64,000 nucleotides of DNA from Desulfovibrionaceae bacterium (GCA_019421865.1 JAHZEL010000015.1:32892-96891); one strand, 5' to 3'. Positions 49,871 to 60,671 are shown, counted from the stretch's first letter. Notes: generated by a model not told the origin, from the sequence alone. Numbers and translations: made by a program.

Positions 49871-50332
49871 CTACGCTCTTATCTCAAAAATCGCTTCGAT
49901 TTCCACCGTCTGACCGTTGGGGAGAGATCCCATGCCCACCGCCGAGCGGGCATGCCTGCCGCCTTCGCCGAACACTTCCACCATCAGATCGGAAAAGCCG
50001 TTGATCACGCGGGGATGATCGGCAAATTCCGGCACGGCGTTCACCATGCCGAGCACCTTCACGCAGCGGACGATTCTGTCCAGATCGCCGAGAGCCGCTC
50101 TGGCCGCCGCCAGAAGATTGAGACCGGTCTGCCTTGCATCCGCATAGGCCTGTTCCACGGAAACCTCTCCCCCCACCTTGCCGAGCGAAACATGCCCGTC
50201 GGGATACAGCGGGCCCTGCCCCGACAGGTAGAGCAGATTGCCCGTTATCACGAAAGGCACATAGTTGGCCACAGAGGCGGGAACCTCCGGCAGAGAAATG
50301 CCAAGTTCCTTGAGTTTCTGTTCCGCGTTCAT
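49871..50332 (-). CDS. RidA/YjgF family enamine/imine deaminase-like protein
   Basis: 153 aa with the YjgF/UK114 fold pattern (..GNLLYLSGQ.. , ..SAVGMGSLPNGQTVEIEAIFEI). Confidence 0.82.
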   Translation of the reverse strand: MNAEQKLKELGISLPEVPASVANYVPFVITGNLLYLSGQGPLYPDGHVSLGKVGGEVSVEQAYADARQTGLNLLAAARAALGDLDRIVRCVKVLGMVNAVPEFADHPRVINGFSDLMVEVFGEGGRHARSAVGMGSLPNGQTVEIEAIFEIRA

Positions 50333-50403
50333 GGTCGCTCCTTTTACTTTTACGTTAAATAAACAAAAAAACAGTTCGCCTGCGTCTTATCGCACCAACG
50401 TCG

Positions 50404-51459
50404 TCAGCGCTTCGGATGCGCCTCTCTGCTGGCGGAATCCTCATGAAGGGAAACGGGCAGCACGACATCGCAACTCTCAAAGCTGCCCTGCTCCAGTCTG
50501 TGAAGAAGCGCCTGCGCCGTCTGCACGCCCAGCTCATAGGACGGCAGCACCACGGAAGAACAGAAGGATTCCATATAGTTCCATGGGCTGTTGATATCGT
50601 AGGTGGCCAGCATGATGTCGTCTACGGCTATGCCCCTGCGCTGCAGGAGCTGCGTGGTGATGAAGGCCAGCTGATTGTTCGAGGCAATGACGGCATCGGG
50701 CATGCCCGGAGCGTCGATACGTTCCTGAATGCGGGCCAGCGCGCCCTCGTAATCTTCGGGCACGGACAGAAGTTCCAAAGAACAGAAGCCCGCACTTTCC
50801 AGAACCGCCGCCTCCAGTCCGCGTATTCTGGCCCGCAGGGAAGGCCACGATACGGCCGGTATGATCATGAGCATCTTGCGGGCACCACGGGCGATGAACT
50901 TGCGGGCCATCTGCAGGCTGCCGCCGTACTCATCCATGCGCAGCGTGCACACGTCGCGCCTCGGCGAAGGCAGCTCCATCTGAAGCAGTGCCAGCGGCTG
51001 CCCCTGCGCGGCAAAGAAGTCCACAATGCTGTCGCGCTGTTCCACCGAGGCCGCCGCAATCACGCAGAGGGCGTCGGTAAGCTGATGCAGCAGCACGGGA
51101 GAGTTCCCCATGGCCGAAGGCCGGACACTCTGCACCGTAAGCGAGTAGCCGTTGTCGTTCAACTGCCGGGCAAGACCTGCCACTATGCTGCCGATGACCT
51201 GTCGGGTGAGGAAGTAGGGAGAGTCGTCGACAACGATGAGGCCGATGGAAAAAGATCGCGAAAGCCTGAGATTCCGTGCGCTCCCATGGGGTCTGTACGG
51301 GTACTTCTGCAGGATTTTGCCAAGTTTTTCACGAGTTTCCGCGCTCATGGTATGAAATTTACCATTAATGAAGTTGGAAACCGTCATGCTGGAAACGTCG
51401 GCCATGGCCGCGATATCTTTTAATGTGGCAGTATGTCGATGGTTGTCATCGAGCGCCAT
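50404..51459 (-). CDS. LacI family transcriptional regulator
   Basis: 351 aa. N-terminal HTH TLKDIAAMADVSSMTVSNFING and a periplasmic-binding-like effector domain. Confidence 0.9.
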   Translation of the reverse strand: MALDDNHRHTATLKDIAAMADVSSMTVSNFINGKFHTMSAETREKLGKILQKYPYRPHGSARNLRLSRSFSIGLIVVDDSPYFLTRQVIGSIVAGLARQLNDNGYSLTVQSVRPSAMGNSPVLLHQLTDALCVIAAASVEQRDSIVDFFAAQGQPLALLQMELPSPRRDVCTLRMDEYGGSLQMARKFIARGARKMLMIIPAVSWPSLRARIRGLEAAVLESAGFCSLELLSVPEDYEGALARIQERIDAPGMPDAVIASNNQLAFITTQLLQRRGIAVDDIMLATYDINSPWNYMESFCSSVVLPSYELGVQTAQALLHRLEQGSFESCDVVLPVSLHEDSASREAHPKR

Positions 51460-51814
51460 GATGAACCCTCCGTTCTGTCGACTCTCTGTGCAGGCAAGAG
51501 AACCTAGCCTTTGAGAACTCCGGAGTCAAATCTTCAGAGCTGCAGAGGTCTGACTTCGAAAGCGGCGTGACTTGGGCACGTCGGAGTAGTCCGGTCATGG
51601 CCGCATATCTATTTTACGATAAACTAACCATACATATTAAATCAAGATAAAATGAAGCATCATCTCAAAAAAATTATTAATTTGACACATTTTATTTTTT
51701 GGCATTATAACTTTAACGAAAAATAAACTCCAGGGCACACGCAAGCCGGGAATATTTTTCGGGTTCTCCGGGAGGGAGGACTCCACCTTCAACCTGTAAC
51801 CGAGAGAGGTCATC

Positions 51815-52843
51815 ATGAACAAGCTCAGCGGTCTGCTCCTTGCGGCCATTCTGGCCATGACCGGTTCCGTTTCCGTCGCTTCCGCCGCGCAGGCTCCCAT
51901 CACCCTGCGCTTCGCCGCGGACGAACCGACCGGCTCCGTGGAGGATCAGGGAAATCTCGCCTTCATCAAGGAAGTGGAGGAACGCAGCAACGGTCGTATC
52001 AAGGTGGAATACTTCCCCGGCGCACAGCTGGGATCGGACAAGCAGTGCCTGCCCTCCCTGCTGGCCGGCGCGCTGGACATCTCCTTCATTGCCGCAGGCA
52101 ACCTGGCCGAATTCACCCCGGCCATGAACTTCACCGATCTGCCCGGCATCGTGAACTCGCCTGAACAGCTCCGCCGCGTCTGGCAGAGCCCCGTGCGCGA
52201 CATGGTGGCCGAAAAGATCTACGCCGATCTCAAGCTCCGTCCCATCATGTTCGACGTGGCGGGCGGCGCCGCCCGCGCCATCTTCTACAACGGCAAGCCC
52301 ATCGTCCGTCCCGAAGACGCCAAGAACTTCAAGTTCCGTACCACTGGCTCCCCCATCGAAGTGGCCCTGTTCCAGTCCTGGGGCGCCGCTCCCACGCCCA
52401 TGGCCTACAGCGAACTCTACTCCAGCCTGAGCCAGAAGGTCGTGGACGGCATCTACGTGCATCCCATCGGCGCCTATGACCAGAAGCTGACTGAAGTGGT
52501 CAAGAACGCCACCGTCATCAACCTGTCCTACATCTCCCAGGTCAAGCTCATCAGCGAAGCGGCCGTGGCCAAGCTCGGCGGTGTGGATTCCGACCTGTAC
52601 AAGATCGTGCTCGAAGCCGGCAGAAACGCCGAACTGCTCAAGGACAAGCTGTACGCCGAACGCGTGAAGAGCGTGTACGACGAACTGGCCAAGGTAGGCG
52701 TGAAGGTCATCCAGCCTCAGGGCGACGACCTCAAGGCCTGGCAGGACAAGGCGCAGGCGCTGTGGCCTTCCATCATCAACGATCCCAAGTACAACATCGA
52801 TCCTGAAGTTCTCAAGATCGTGGAAGAAATCCGCAACAAATAG
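51815..52843 (+). CDS. dctP: TRAP transporter substrate-binding protein (DctP family)
   Basis: 342 aa with a signal peptide and DctP-like pattern. Followed by the Q and M subunits. Confidence 0.88.
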   Translation: MNKLSGLLLAAILAMTGSVSVASAAQAPITLRFAADEPTGSVEDQGNLAFIKEVEERSNGRIKVEYFPGAQLGSDKQCLPSLLAGALDISFIAAGNLAEFTPAMNFTDLPGIVNSPEQLRRVWQSPVRDMVAEKIYADLKLRPIMFDVAGGAARAIFYNGKPIVRPEDAKNFKFRTTGSPIEVALFQSWGAAPTPMAYSELYSSLSQKVVDGIYVHPIGAYDQKLTEVVKNATVINLSYISQVKLISEAAVAKLGGVDSDLYKIVLEAGRNAELLKDKLYAERVKSVYDELAKVGVKVIQPQGDDLKAWQDKAQALWPSIINDPKYNIDPEVLKIVEEIRNK

Positions 52844-52906
52844 CCTTTCCGGGAGTCGGCGCCTCCGGGCGCCGGCTCTTGCTCACGTTCCCCGCCCGGA
52901 GGCCTC

Positions 52907-53476
52907 ATGTCTCATCCCGCCCCTGTTCCTTCCGCCGTTCGGATACTGGAAAAGACCCTGGCCGGCATCAGCGCCGCGCTGGAAAAGCTCTGCGACGTCG
53001 CCTGCATCATTCTCGGCTTCGTCGTTCTCGGCTGCATGGTGCTTGCCATCACCACCAGATACATCGACGGCCTGACCCCCTTCCTCTGGACCGATGAACT
53101 GGCCCGCTACGCCATGATCTGGTGCGCCTTCCTCGCCGCCAGCTCCGCCCTGAAAAAGGGACAGTTCCTCCGCTTCGACCTTTTCGTGAAGGCGCTTCCC
53201 GAGCGCTTCATCCGAACGGCGGCCCTCGTGTCCGACGTTCTCATGCTCATATTCATCTTCTTCTTTCTTTCCTACGGCTACGCCATCACTCCCATTACCT
53301 TCCTGCAGAAAAGCTCGGCCATGCAGCTGCCCATGTTCTACCCCTATCTTGCACTCATGACGGGCACGGCGTTCATGGCTGTTCACATACTCCTGCACCT
53401 GATCTGCGAATGCCGCTTTCTCCTCTGGGGAGGCGATGATCCGGATGTCCGCCCTGCGGAAAACGAAGAAGTCTAG
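52907..53476 (+). CDS. dctQ: TRAP transporter small permease (DctQ family)
   Basis: 189 aa, 4 TM, positioned between the P and M genes. Confidence 0.85.
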   Translation: MSHPAPVPSAVRILEKTLAGISAALEKLCDVACIILGFVVLGCMVLAITTRYIDGLTPFLWTDELARYAMIWCAFLAASSALKKGQFLRFDLFVKALPERFIRTAALVSDVLMLIFIFFFLSYGYAITPITFLQKSSAMQLPMFYPYLALMTGTAFMAVHILLHLICECRFLLWGGDDPDVRPAENEEV

Positions 53477-53485
53477 GAGCGCGTC

Positions 53486-54778
53486 ATGAGTCTCGCCGTC
53501 ATCATCATTCTCTTCATGGTCCTTTTCTTTCTGTCGGGCACTCCCATCTTCTTCGCCCTGGGACTCACCGTGGTCTTCAGCATTCTCTGCTGGGGACAGG
53601 TGCCTGCGCAGATCATCTTTCAGCAGACCTTCCAGGGCATAGACTCCTTCGGCATGCTGGCCATTCCGCTGTTCATGCTGATGGGTGAAATCATGACCCG
53701 CACCAAGGTCGTGGACGACCTGCTCTTCGTGTGCAACATCATTCTCGGCCACATCCGCGGTGCGCTGGCCCACGTGAACATCGTGGTATCCGTGCTCTTC
53801 GCCGGCATTTCCGGCTCCGCCGTGGCCGACACGGCCACCGTGGGCGGCATTCTCATTCCCGCCATGAAGAAAAACGGCTACGATGCCGAATTCTCCGTCG
53901 CGGTCACGGCCGCAAGCTCCGTCATCTCGCCCATCATTCCGCCCAGCATCTGCATGGTCATGTACGGCGCCCTCATTCCGGGCGTCTCCATTGCGGCCCT
54001 TTTTGCCGGCGGCATCATTCCCGGACTTCTGCTCGCCGCCGCCATGATGTTCGTCACCGCCGTTCTTTCCTCCAAGCGCAAGTATCCCAAGTCCACCATC
54101 ACCTATACCCCCCGCCAGGTGGTGAACGCCGTCGTGCGCGCCATCCCCGCGCTCATGCTGCCCTTCATCATCCGCTTCGGCGTGGTGAACGGCATCTTCA
54201 CCCCCACCGAATGCGCCGCCGTCGCCGTGCTCTACGCCATGGCGCTGGGCTTCTTCTACTACCGCAACTTCACCTTCCGTGATCTGTGCATCTGCATGAA
54301 GCGCTCCATGCTCACCTCCGGCGCCGTGCTCGTCATCATCGCCATGGTGCAGCCCTTCGGCTGGCTGGTCGCGCTGGGCCAGATCCCGGTCACGCTCTCC
54401 AACGCCATTCTGTCCCTTTCGGACCATCCGTACATCATTCTCGCGGCCATCACCGTGCTGCTTCTCATCCTCGGCGCCGTCATGGATGCCAACATCATCG
54501 TGCTCGTGTTTGCGCCCATTCTGGCTCCCATCGCGGCCCAGCTCGGCATCCACCCCGTGCACTTCGGCGTGTTCTACTGCCTCGCCGCCATCGTGGGCCT
54601 GTCCACGCCGCCGTACGGCATGTGCATATTCATTGCCGCAGCCATAGGCGAAGTGCCCGTGGGCGCCGCCATGAAGGCCATGCTGCCCTTCGTGATCAGC
54701 ATCTTCGTCGTGGTGTTCATGGTCGCCTTCATTCCCGAACTGACCCTCTGGATGCCCCGTTCCTCGGGCCTGCTCTGA
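53486..54778 (+). CDS. dctM: TRAP transporter large permease (DctM family)
   Basis: 430-aa polytopic ORF with typical DctM N-terminus MSLAVIIILFMVLFFLSGTPIFFALGL. Confidence 0.9.
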   Translation: MSLAVIIILFMVLFFLSGTPIFFALGLTVVFSILCWGQVPAQIIFQQTFQGIDSFGMLAIPLFMLMGEIMTRTKVVDDLLFVCNIILGHIRGALAHVNIVVSVLFAGISGSAVADTATVGGILIPAMKKNGYDAEFSVAVTAASSVISPIIPPSICMVMYGALIPGVSIAALFAGGIIPGLLLAAAMMFVTAVLSSKRKYPKSTITYTPRQVVNAVVRAIPALMLPFIIRFGVVNGIFTPTECAAVAVLYAMALGFFYYRNFTFRDLCICMKRSMLTSGAVLVIIAMVQPFGWLVALGQIPVTLSNAILSLSDHPYIILAAITVLLLILGAVMDANIIVLVFAPILAPIAAQLGIHPVHFGVFYCLAAIVGLSTPPYGMCIFIAAAIGEVPVGAAMKAMLPFVISIFVVVFMVAFIPELTLWMPRSSGLL

Positions 54779-55021
54779 TTCCTGCATCCGCACGGCCGCT
54801 TCCGGATTTTCCTCTGGAGCGGCCGTGACTCTCCACCCCGAACTTCCTTCAACCGGCACGGCGGTTCCTTTCCTCCTCCGCCCCGCCACAGCCGCCCGTT
54901 CGCCGGCCGCCGTCTGACGACACCCGGACGCTTCGGAATTTCCCCTGATTCCGAAACGCGGCGCGGCACGGACGCTCTCACAAAGGCGCCTCTGCAGGCA
55001 GAGGCGCAACAAGGCATCATC

Positions 55022-55750
55022 ATGAAACTCACCGACATCGTTTACTGGGTTGGCAGCGGAGAATTCGGTCTCTCCCACTACAAGGACTGCCATGTCTATC
55101 TCATCCATGACGGCGAACACAGCGTGCTCATCGACAGCGGCTGCGGCATCGACATCACGGAACTAAAGCACAACATCGAACAGGTAACGCCGCTCTCCTC
55201 CATCACCGATCTCTTTCTTACGCACGGGCACGGCGATCACAGCGGCGGAGCGGCGGCACTGCAGAAGCACGCCTCCTTCCGCATCCATGCCAGCGCCGGT
55301 GAAAAGGCGCTCGTGGAAAGCGGCGACGAATGGGGACTCGGCCTGACGCTGGCCAAGAAAAAGGGCGCCTATCCCCAGGATTACCGCTTTCCCGTCTGCC
55401 ATGTGGACGACGTCGTGGAAGACGGCGCCGTCTACGAGTTCGGCAGCTGGAGCCTGCGCGCCGTCAAGGTGCCCGGACACAGCGTGGACGGCGTCTGCTA
55501 CGTTCTGGAAACGCCCGCCGGACGCGCGCTCTTCTCCGGAGACACCGCCTTTCTGAACGGATACGTCAGCATCATCAACTGCCCCGGCTGCGAGCTCGGC
55601 ACCTACAGAGACAACATCGGCAAACTTGCCGGTCTCGGCATCGACTGTCTCTTCCCCGGCCACGGATCCTGGACGCTGAAGGACGGCCAGAAGCATCTCG
55701 ATGCCGCCGTCAGCCATTTCTCCACCTCCGCCCTGCCTCTCATGCGCTGA
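55022..55750 (+). CDS. MBL-fold metallo-hydrolase
   Basis: 242 aa with the HxHxDH motif (THGHGDHSGG). Confidence 0.85.
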   Translation: MKLTDIVYWVGSGEFGLSHYKDCHVYLIHDGEHSVLIDSGCGIDITELKHNIEQVTPLSSITDLFLTHGHGDHSGGAAALQKHASFRIHASAGEKALVESGDEWGLGLTLAKKKGAYPQDYRFPVCHVDDVVEDGAVYEFGSWSLRAVKVPGHSVDGVCYVLETPAGRALFSGDTAFLNGYVSIINCPGCELGTYRDNIGKLAGLGIDCLFPGHGSWTLKDGQKHLDAAVSHFSTSALPLMR

Positions 55751-55776
55751 GAACAGGTGAAGCAAAGGAACAATTC

Positions 55777-56796
55777 ATGATCAATCTCGGAATGATAGGG
55801 TTCGGCAATTTCGGCCGTCAGCTTGCCAAGGGCTTCCATGACACCGGCTTCTGCCGCCTCAAGACCATAGCCGTGGGCAATCCCGCCAAGCACGCCGGTC
55901 ACGAAACCTTCGGCGCTCAGCTCTGCGACGACTATCACGACCTTCTTCGCGACAACGACCTCGACGCCATAGCCGTGGCCGGTCCTCTTCAGATGCAGGC
56001 TCAGCTTGTGGAAGAGGCGCTCGCTGCCGGCAAGCATGTGTTCATGGAAAAGCCCCTCGCCCCCACGCTGGAGGACGCCCTGCGCATCAAGGCCGCCGCC
56101 GATGCCTCCGACAAAATCGCCATGGTCGGCTTCATTGAACGATTCAATCCCGCCCTGCGCCGCGTCAAGGCGCTTCTGCGCAACGACTATCTGGGCAATC
56201 TGTTCCGTCTTTCCATCAAGCGCGGCTCCCGCAACTCCGATCGTACGCCCTGGATGTGGGAAGTAGGCATGTTCGTGCACATTCTCGGCCACAACATCGA
56301 CATTCTGCGCTGGTTCCTGGAAGACGAAGTGGAACACGTCTTTGCGGAATCCGACTCCTACATGCGCCGCAAGAGCGGAGAAGACGACAACATCTGCGCC
56401 ATTCTGCGCTTCCGCAACGGTGCTCTCGGCGTCATGGAGGATTCCTGGACGCTTTCTCCCAGCATGCCCATGGAAGAAAACGACACCCGCATGGATCTCA
56501 TCGGCGACAAGGGTAATCTCAGCTTCAACGGTCTGAACCAGATGCTCTCCCTCTACAACACGAACGGCGTGTTCTATCCCGGCCTTCTGCGCTGGCCCGG
56601 CGGTCTTACCGAAGAAAGCGGTCTGGAATCCTACGCCCTCAAGGACGAGTGCCTGCACTTCATCCGCTGCGTGGAAAATCCCGGCATCGCGCCCATCTCC
56701 ACGGTGGACAGCGCGCTGGAAAACCTGCGCGTGGCTCTGGCCTGCCGCCTTTCCGCCAAGGAAGGCCGCGTCGTGCATCTTTCGGAAATCTGCTGA
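55777..56796 (+). CDS. Gfo/Idh/MocA family NAD(P)-dependent oxidoreductase
   Basis: 339 aa from ATG 55777. N-terminal Rossmann MINLGMIGFGNFG, and ..GKHVFMEKPLA.. typical of the family. Confidence 0.85.
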   Translation: MINLGMIGFGNFGRQLAKGFHDTGFCRLKTIAVGNPAKHAGHETFGAQLCDDYHDLLRDNDLDAIAVAGPLQMQAQLVEEALAAGKHVFMEKPLAPTLEDALRIKAAADASDKIAMVGFIERFNPALRRVKALLRNDYLGNLFRLSIKRGSRNSDRTPWMWEVGMFVHILGHNIDILRWFLEDEVEHVFAESDSYMRRKSGEDDNICAILRFRNGALGVMEDSWTLSPSMPMEENDTRMDLIGDKGNLSFNGLNQMLSLYNTNGVFYPGLLRWPGGLTEESGLESYALKDECLHFIRCVENPGIAPISTVDSALENLRVALACRLSAKEGRVVHLSEIC

Positions 56797-56804
56797 GGTC
56801 CGCT

Positions 56805-57221
56805 ATGTTTGAAATCCATCACGTCGGCATTGTGGTCTCCGATCTGGAGGAAAGCGTCGGCTTTTACTGCCGCAACTTCGGCTTCCGCGTGGTCGCCAGG
56901 GATACCAACCCCGTGAAGAAGGCCAGAGCCGCCATGATCGACAACGGCAGCTTCATGATCGAGCTCATCGAGTACGCCGAACATCTTTATGACGACATCC
57001 CCATCAATCACGTCGCCTACCGCGTCGACGACGTGGAACGCGCCGCAGCGAGACTGCACGCGCAGGGTTACGATTTTATGGATGAAACACCGCGCATCAT
57101 CTTTCAGGGCCGCAGCAAGATCATGTTCCTGTTCGGCCCCGATCGTGAACGCATAGAACTGCATCAGGTCCTTCAGGAACTGAATGCGCCAAACGAGGTT
57201 CAGCATGAAAACCATTGTTAA
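56805..57221 (+). CDS. VOC (glyoxalase/bleomycin-resistance/dioxygenase) family protein
   Basis: 138 aa from ATG 56805, with HHVGIVVSDLEESVGFY. Confidence 0.8.
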   Translation: MFEIHHVGIVVSDLEESVGFYCRNFGFRVVARDTNPVKKARAAMIDNGSFMIELIEYAEHLYDDIPINHVAYRVDDVERAAARLHAQGYDFMDETPRIIFQGRSKIMFLFGPDRERIELHQVLQELNAPNEVQHENHC

Positions 57222-58449
57222 AGTGAAGGCCGCCATTCCCCAGCCGGGCAACGGTCAGGTAATGGAGCACGCCGCTCTTGTTCTTCATGATGACCGCATC
57301 ATCGACCTTCTCTCGTGGGAAGAGGCCGAAGCGGCCTATCCCGACGCCGCCGTGGACTTCCGCCCCGAAGCCTGGGCCGTGCCCGGATTCATCGACGCTC
57401 ACGTCCATCTGAGCTTCAGCTGCCGGAATGATCCCTATCTCGACATGCTGGAAGAAATGAACAGCGAACCGCTCATGATGCTGCGCCTCGTGCGCAACGC
57501 CCAGGCCTCCATTCTGGCGGGCGTCACCACCGTGCGCGACTGCGGCGCCGCCACCGACGGCATCTTTCAGCTGCGCGACGCCATCCGCAAAGGCACCATG
57601 CGCGGCAGCAGCATCGTGGCCAGCGGCAGACCCTTCACCGTCACGGGCGGCCACTGCTGGTATCTGAACAGAGAGGTGGAAGGCGAAGAAAACGTGCGCA
57701 GAGAAGCCCGTCAGACCATCAAGGACGGCGCCGACTTCCTGAAAATGATGATCTCCGGCGGCAACATGACGCCGAACTCCGGTTCCGGCGTGCTTCAGTA
57801 CAATCAGGCCGAAGTGAACGCCTTTGCCTCGGAGGCCCGCATGCGCGGCAAGATGACCTCCGTACACGTGCACAGCACCGACTCCATCCGCATTGCCGTC
57901 AAGGCCGGCGTGTCCACGGTGGAACACTGCAGCTTCCGCGGTTCGGACGGCACCATCGACTATGACGCCGCCATCGTGGATGAAATGGCGAAGAAAGGCA
58001 TCATTCTCTGCCCTGCCTTCAGCGCCTCCTACCGCACGCCCGTGACGAACTTCCCTGTGGAACAGCAGGAATTCTGGCGCGTCTTCCGCAAGGAACGCAT
58101 GGACGTGACCGCCCGCATCATCAATCAGGGCGTACGCTTCGCCCTCGGTACGGACGCAGGCTGCCATCTCACCGAGTTCAGCGACTATGCCCTCTGCTTC
58201 GGCATTCTCAAGGAATATCTCGACATGTCCAACAGCGCCATTCTCGACTGCGCCACCGGCGTTGCCGCCGCATGCTGCGGTCTGGAAAAGGAAATCGGCA
58301 GCCTTGAGCGCGGCAAGCGTGCCGACATCACGCTTCTCGGCGGCAATCCGCTGGACGACCTTGCCTTCGGAAGCGACGTCCGGGCCGTGTATCAGTACGG
58401 ACGCCTCGTCGTCGACGACGGCAAGGTCACGCCCGTCGTTGCCGGGTAA
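57205..58449 (+). CDS. Amidohydrolase-superfamily metal-dependent hydrolase
   Basis: 414 aa from ATG 57205 (alternative 57184). PGFIDAHVHL metal-binding motif and C-terminal ..GKRADITLL... Confidence 0.82.
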   Translation: MKTIVKVKAAIPQPGNGQVMEHAALVLHDDRIIDLLSWEEAEAAYPDAAVDFRPEAWAVPGFIDAHVHLSFSCRNDPYLDMLEEMNSEPLMMLRLVRNAQASILAGVTTVRDCGAATDGIFQLRDAIRKGTMRGSSIVASGRPFTVTGGHCWYLNREVEGEENVRREARQTIKDGADFLKMMISGGNMTPNSGSGVLQYNQAEVNAFASEARMRGKMTSVHVHSTDSIRIAVKAGVSTVEHCSFRGSDGTIDYDAAIVDEMAKKGIILCPAFSASYRTPVTNFPVEQQEFWRVFRKERMDVTARIINQGVRFALGTDAGCHLTEFSDYALCFGILKEYLDMSNSAILDCATGVAAACCGLEKEIGSLERGKRADITLLGGNPLDDLAFGSDVRAVYQYGRLVVDDGKVTPVVAG

Positions 58450-58521
58450 GCCGGGTGCTGCCGGATCTAGTCCTCTCCGGCAGCCCCTTTTTCGTTTTTC
58501 CGATCACGGGAGAAGATTTCC

Positions 58522-59706
58522 ATGCTTTTCGACAGGACACAGTTCAATCTCGACATTCCGGCCATCGCCCGCTTCGACTTTCTGAATACGGCGGATCAGG
58601 GCCCCAAGCTGGCCTGCGTGCACTACGCCGTGCAGGAACTGGAAAACGACGTTTTCTACAACAGCCCCAGCCGCGCCGACGTGTATGACAGGCTTCATGC
58701 CGCCACCGAAGAGTCCCGCCGCCGTCTCGCGGCGTTCTTCCACACGCCGGTGGCGCAGACCGCCTTTGTCCGCGGCATTGCCGACGGTCTCAATCTGCTT
58801 CTGCCCCATTTCGCCCTCGGCCCCGGCGACGAGGTCGTCACCACCGACCAGGAAAATCCCGCCGTACTGCTTCCTCTGCTCGAAGGAGCGCGTCGTCTGG
58901 GATACACCGTGCGCTACGTGAAGGTGGGCAAAACCATGCAGGAAGCGCTGGACAACATGGAACAGACCTGCAACGAGCACACCCGCCTTGCCGTCATGAG
59001 CCATGTGAGTCACATCGCCGGCTTCTGCCAGCCCGTCAGGGAAATCTCCGAAATCGTGCACAGGCACGGCGGATGCATCATCTGGGACGGCGCCCAGTCG
59101 GCCGGACAGATTCCGGTGGACTTTCCCGCCCTCGGCTGCGACGTCTACATCGCCGCAGGCTACAAGTGGATGCTCGGCCTGCACGGCACCGCCGTCATGC
59201 TGCTCGATGAGGAATTTCTGCACAGCGTCCGCCCCCAGGCCATAGGCGTGGGCTCAGAAACCGCCTTCAGCTACACCGACTATTCCTACGACATCAGAAG
59301 CGACGCCAGGAAGTTCGAATACGGTTCCCGCCAGCTTCCGCCCTTTGCCGCGCTCGGCAACGCCGCCACCTATCTTAGCCTGCTCGGTGTGGAAAACATC
59401 ATGAAGCGCAACCGTGCGCTTCAGGCCTCGCTCATGGAGAAACTGGCCGAACTGCCCGAAATCGTGCGCCTCTCCCCCGAAGAGGAGCAGGTTTCCTCCG
59501 GCATCGTGGGCTTCACCTTCCCCGGGCTCGACGCCGACGATCTGGTGAAGTTCGCCTGGCAGCGCAACATCCTCATCAAAACCCGCAACCTCGCCGCCGG
59601 CATGCCGAGCCGCAAGAGCATCCGCGTATCCCTGCACTTCTTCAACACCGAAGACGAGATTCTGCGCCTCATGGACTGCCTGCGCGCCTACAGGGGGATC
59701 GCCTGA
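58522..59706 (+). CDS. Class V (fold type I) PLP-dependent enzyme (aminotransferase/desulfurase/lyase-like)
   Basis: 394 aa. The PLP-lysine region AAGYKWMLG, and ..SHVSHIAG.. as in class V enzymes. Confidence 0.8.
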   Translation: MLFDRTQFNLDIPAIARFDFLNTADQGPKLACVHYAVQELENDVFYNSPSRADVYDRLHAATEESRRRLAAFFHTPVAQTAFVRGIADGLNLLLPHFALGPGDEVVTTDQENPAVLLPLLEGARRLGYTVRYVKVGKTMQEALDNMEQTCNEHTRLAVMSHVSHIAGFCQPVREISEIVHRHGGCIIWDGAQSAGQIPVDFPALGCDVYIAAGYKWMLGLHGTAVMLLDEEFLHSVRPQAIGVGSETAFSYTDYSYDIRSDARKFEYGSRQLPPFAALGNAATYLSLLGVENIMKRNRALQASLMEKLAELPEIVRLSPEEEQVSSGIVGFTFPGLDADDLVKFAWQRNILIKTRNLAAGMPSRKSIRVSLHFFNTEDEILRLMDCLRAYRGIA

Positions 59707-60671
59707 TGTCCCGCCGTCCCCGCATCGCCGTCACGGGCGAATGCATGGTCGAGCTTCTGCCCGTGAACGGCCCGGAAAAAGGACTCTTCCGACAGAGCTT
59801 CAGCGGCGACACCCTCAACACCGCCGTGTACCTTTCACGGCTGGGCGGACTGGACGTCTCCTACCTGTCCGCCGCAGGAACCGATCCGCTGAGCGACGCC
59901 ATGCTCGACTTCTGGGCCGGGGAAGGCATCGACGCCTCCCTCACCCGGAGACTGCCCGATGCCGTTCCCGGCCTGTACATGATACAGCTCGACGAGCGCG
60001 GGGAGCGCTCCTTCCAGTACTGGCGTTCCGCCTCCGCCGCCCGCTCATGCTATTCGGGCGAGGGGGCGGACGCCCTTCTCGAAAAGCTCGCCTCGTTCGA
60101 CGTCATCTATCTGAGCGGCATCAGTCTGGCCGTCTTTCTGGAAGACGGCAGAGAGCGCCTTCTGCGACGGCTGGAGGAACTGGCCGGAAGCGTATCCGTA
60201 TGCTTCGACGCCAATTTCCGGCCGCGCCTGTGGGGCTCAGACCGCAGCATCGCGCTTTCCCGGGCCGAAGCCTGGTATCGTCGCATGCTTCCGCTCTGCT
60301 CCATGATCTTTCTTTCCCCGGAAGAGGCGGAAGCCTTCGGCGTGAAGGCCTCCAGCCCGGAGGACGCGGCGGCCATGCTCGTCCGCGCCGTAAGGCCGGG
60401 CGCGGAAATCGTCATGAAGGACGGCCCCAACCCATGTCTTGTATGGGACGGAAGGATCATGCGTCGCGTTACGCCCCGGCCTGCGGAAAAAGTCGTCGAC
60501 ACCACGGCCGCAGGAGACTCCTTTGCCGCGGCCTATGTGCACGCCCGCCTGCACGGTCTGAGACCGGAGGAATCCGTCGCCAGAGGTCATGTTCTCGCGG
60601 CGGCCGTCATAGGCGAACCGGGCGCCGTCATCCCTGCCAACCGTATGCCTGCGGAGCTGCTCCATGAGTGA
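59706..60671 (+). CDS. kdgK: PfkB-family sugar kinase, 2-dehydro-3-deoxygluconokinase-like
   Basis: 321 aa. Start overlaps the upstream stop. C-terminal VVDTTAAGDSFAAAY motif. Confidence 0.82.
   Translation: MSRRPRIAVTGECMVELLPVNGPEKGLFRQSFSGDTLNTAVYLSRLGGLDVSYLSAAGTDPLSDAMLDFWAGEGIDASLTRRLPDAVPGLYMIQLDERGERSFQYWRSASAARSCYSGEGADALLEKLASFDVIYLSGISLAVFLEDGRERLLRRLEELAGSVSVCFDANFRPRLWGSDRSIALSRAEAWYRRMLPLCSMIFLSPEEAEAFGVKASSPEDAAAMLVRAVRPGAEIVMKDGPNPCLVWDGRIMRRVTPRPAEKVVDTTAAGDSFAAAYVHARLHGLRPEESVARGHVLAAAVIGEPGAVIPANRMPAELLHE

Noticed and set aside
52883-55120. 745-aa minus-strand ORF. Similar long antisense ORFs occur at 42554..44479, 7766..9616, 3373..4563, 1105..2280, 35102..36472, 25451..26884 and 61884..63281.
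   Set aside because: All lie opposite genes with clear family signatures (dctQM, carA/DUF853, cysKE, roo, yebC/rlmE, fadL, porin, glcD). All show the biased G/A/H/R/E composition of GC-rich antisense frames.
59741-60667. 308-aa Arg/Pro-rich ORF in an alternative plus-strand frame.
   Set aside because: It overlaps kdgK, whose frame carries the PfkB motifs. The alternative frame is an R/P/G-rich artefact. The same reasoning applies to many 60-180-aa alternate-frame ORFs in the track.
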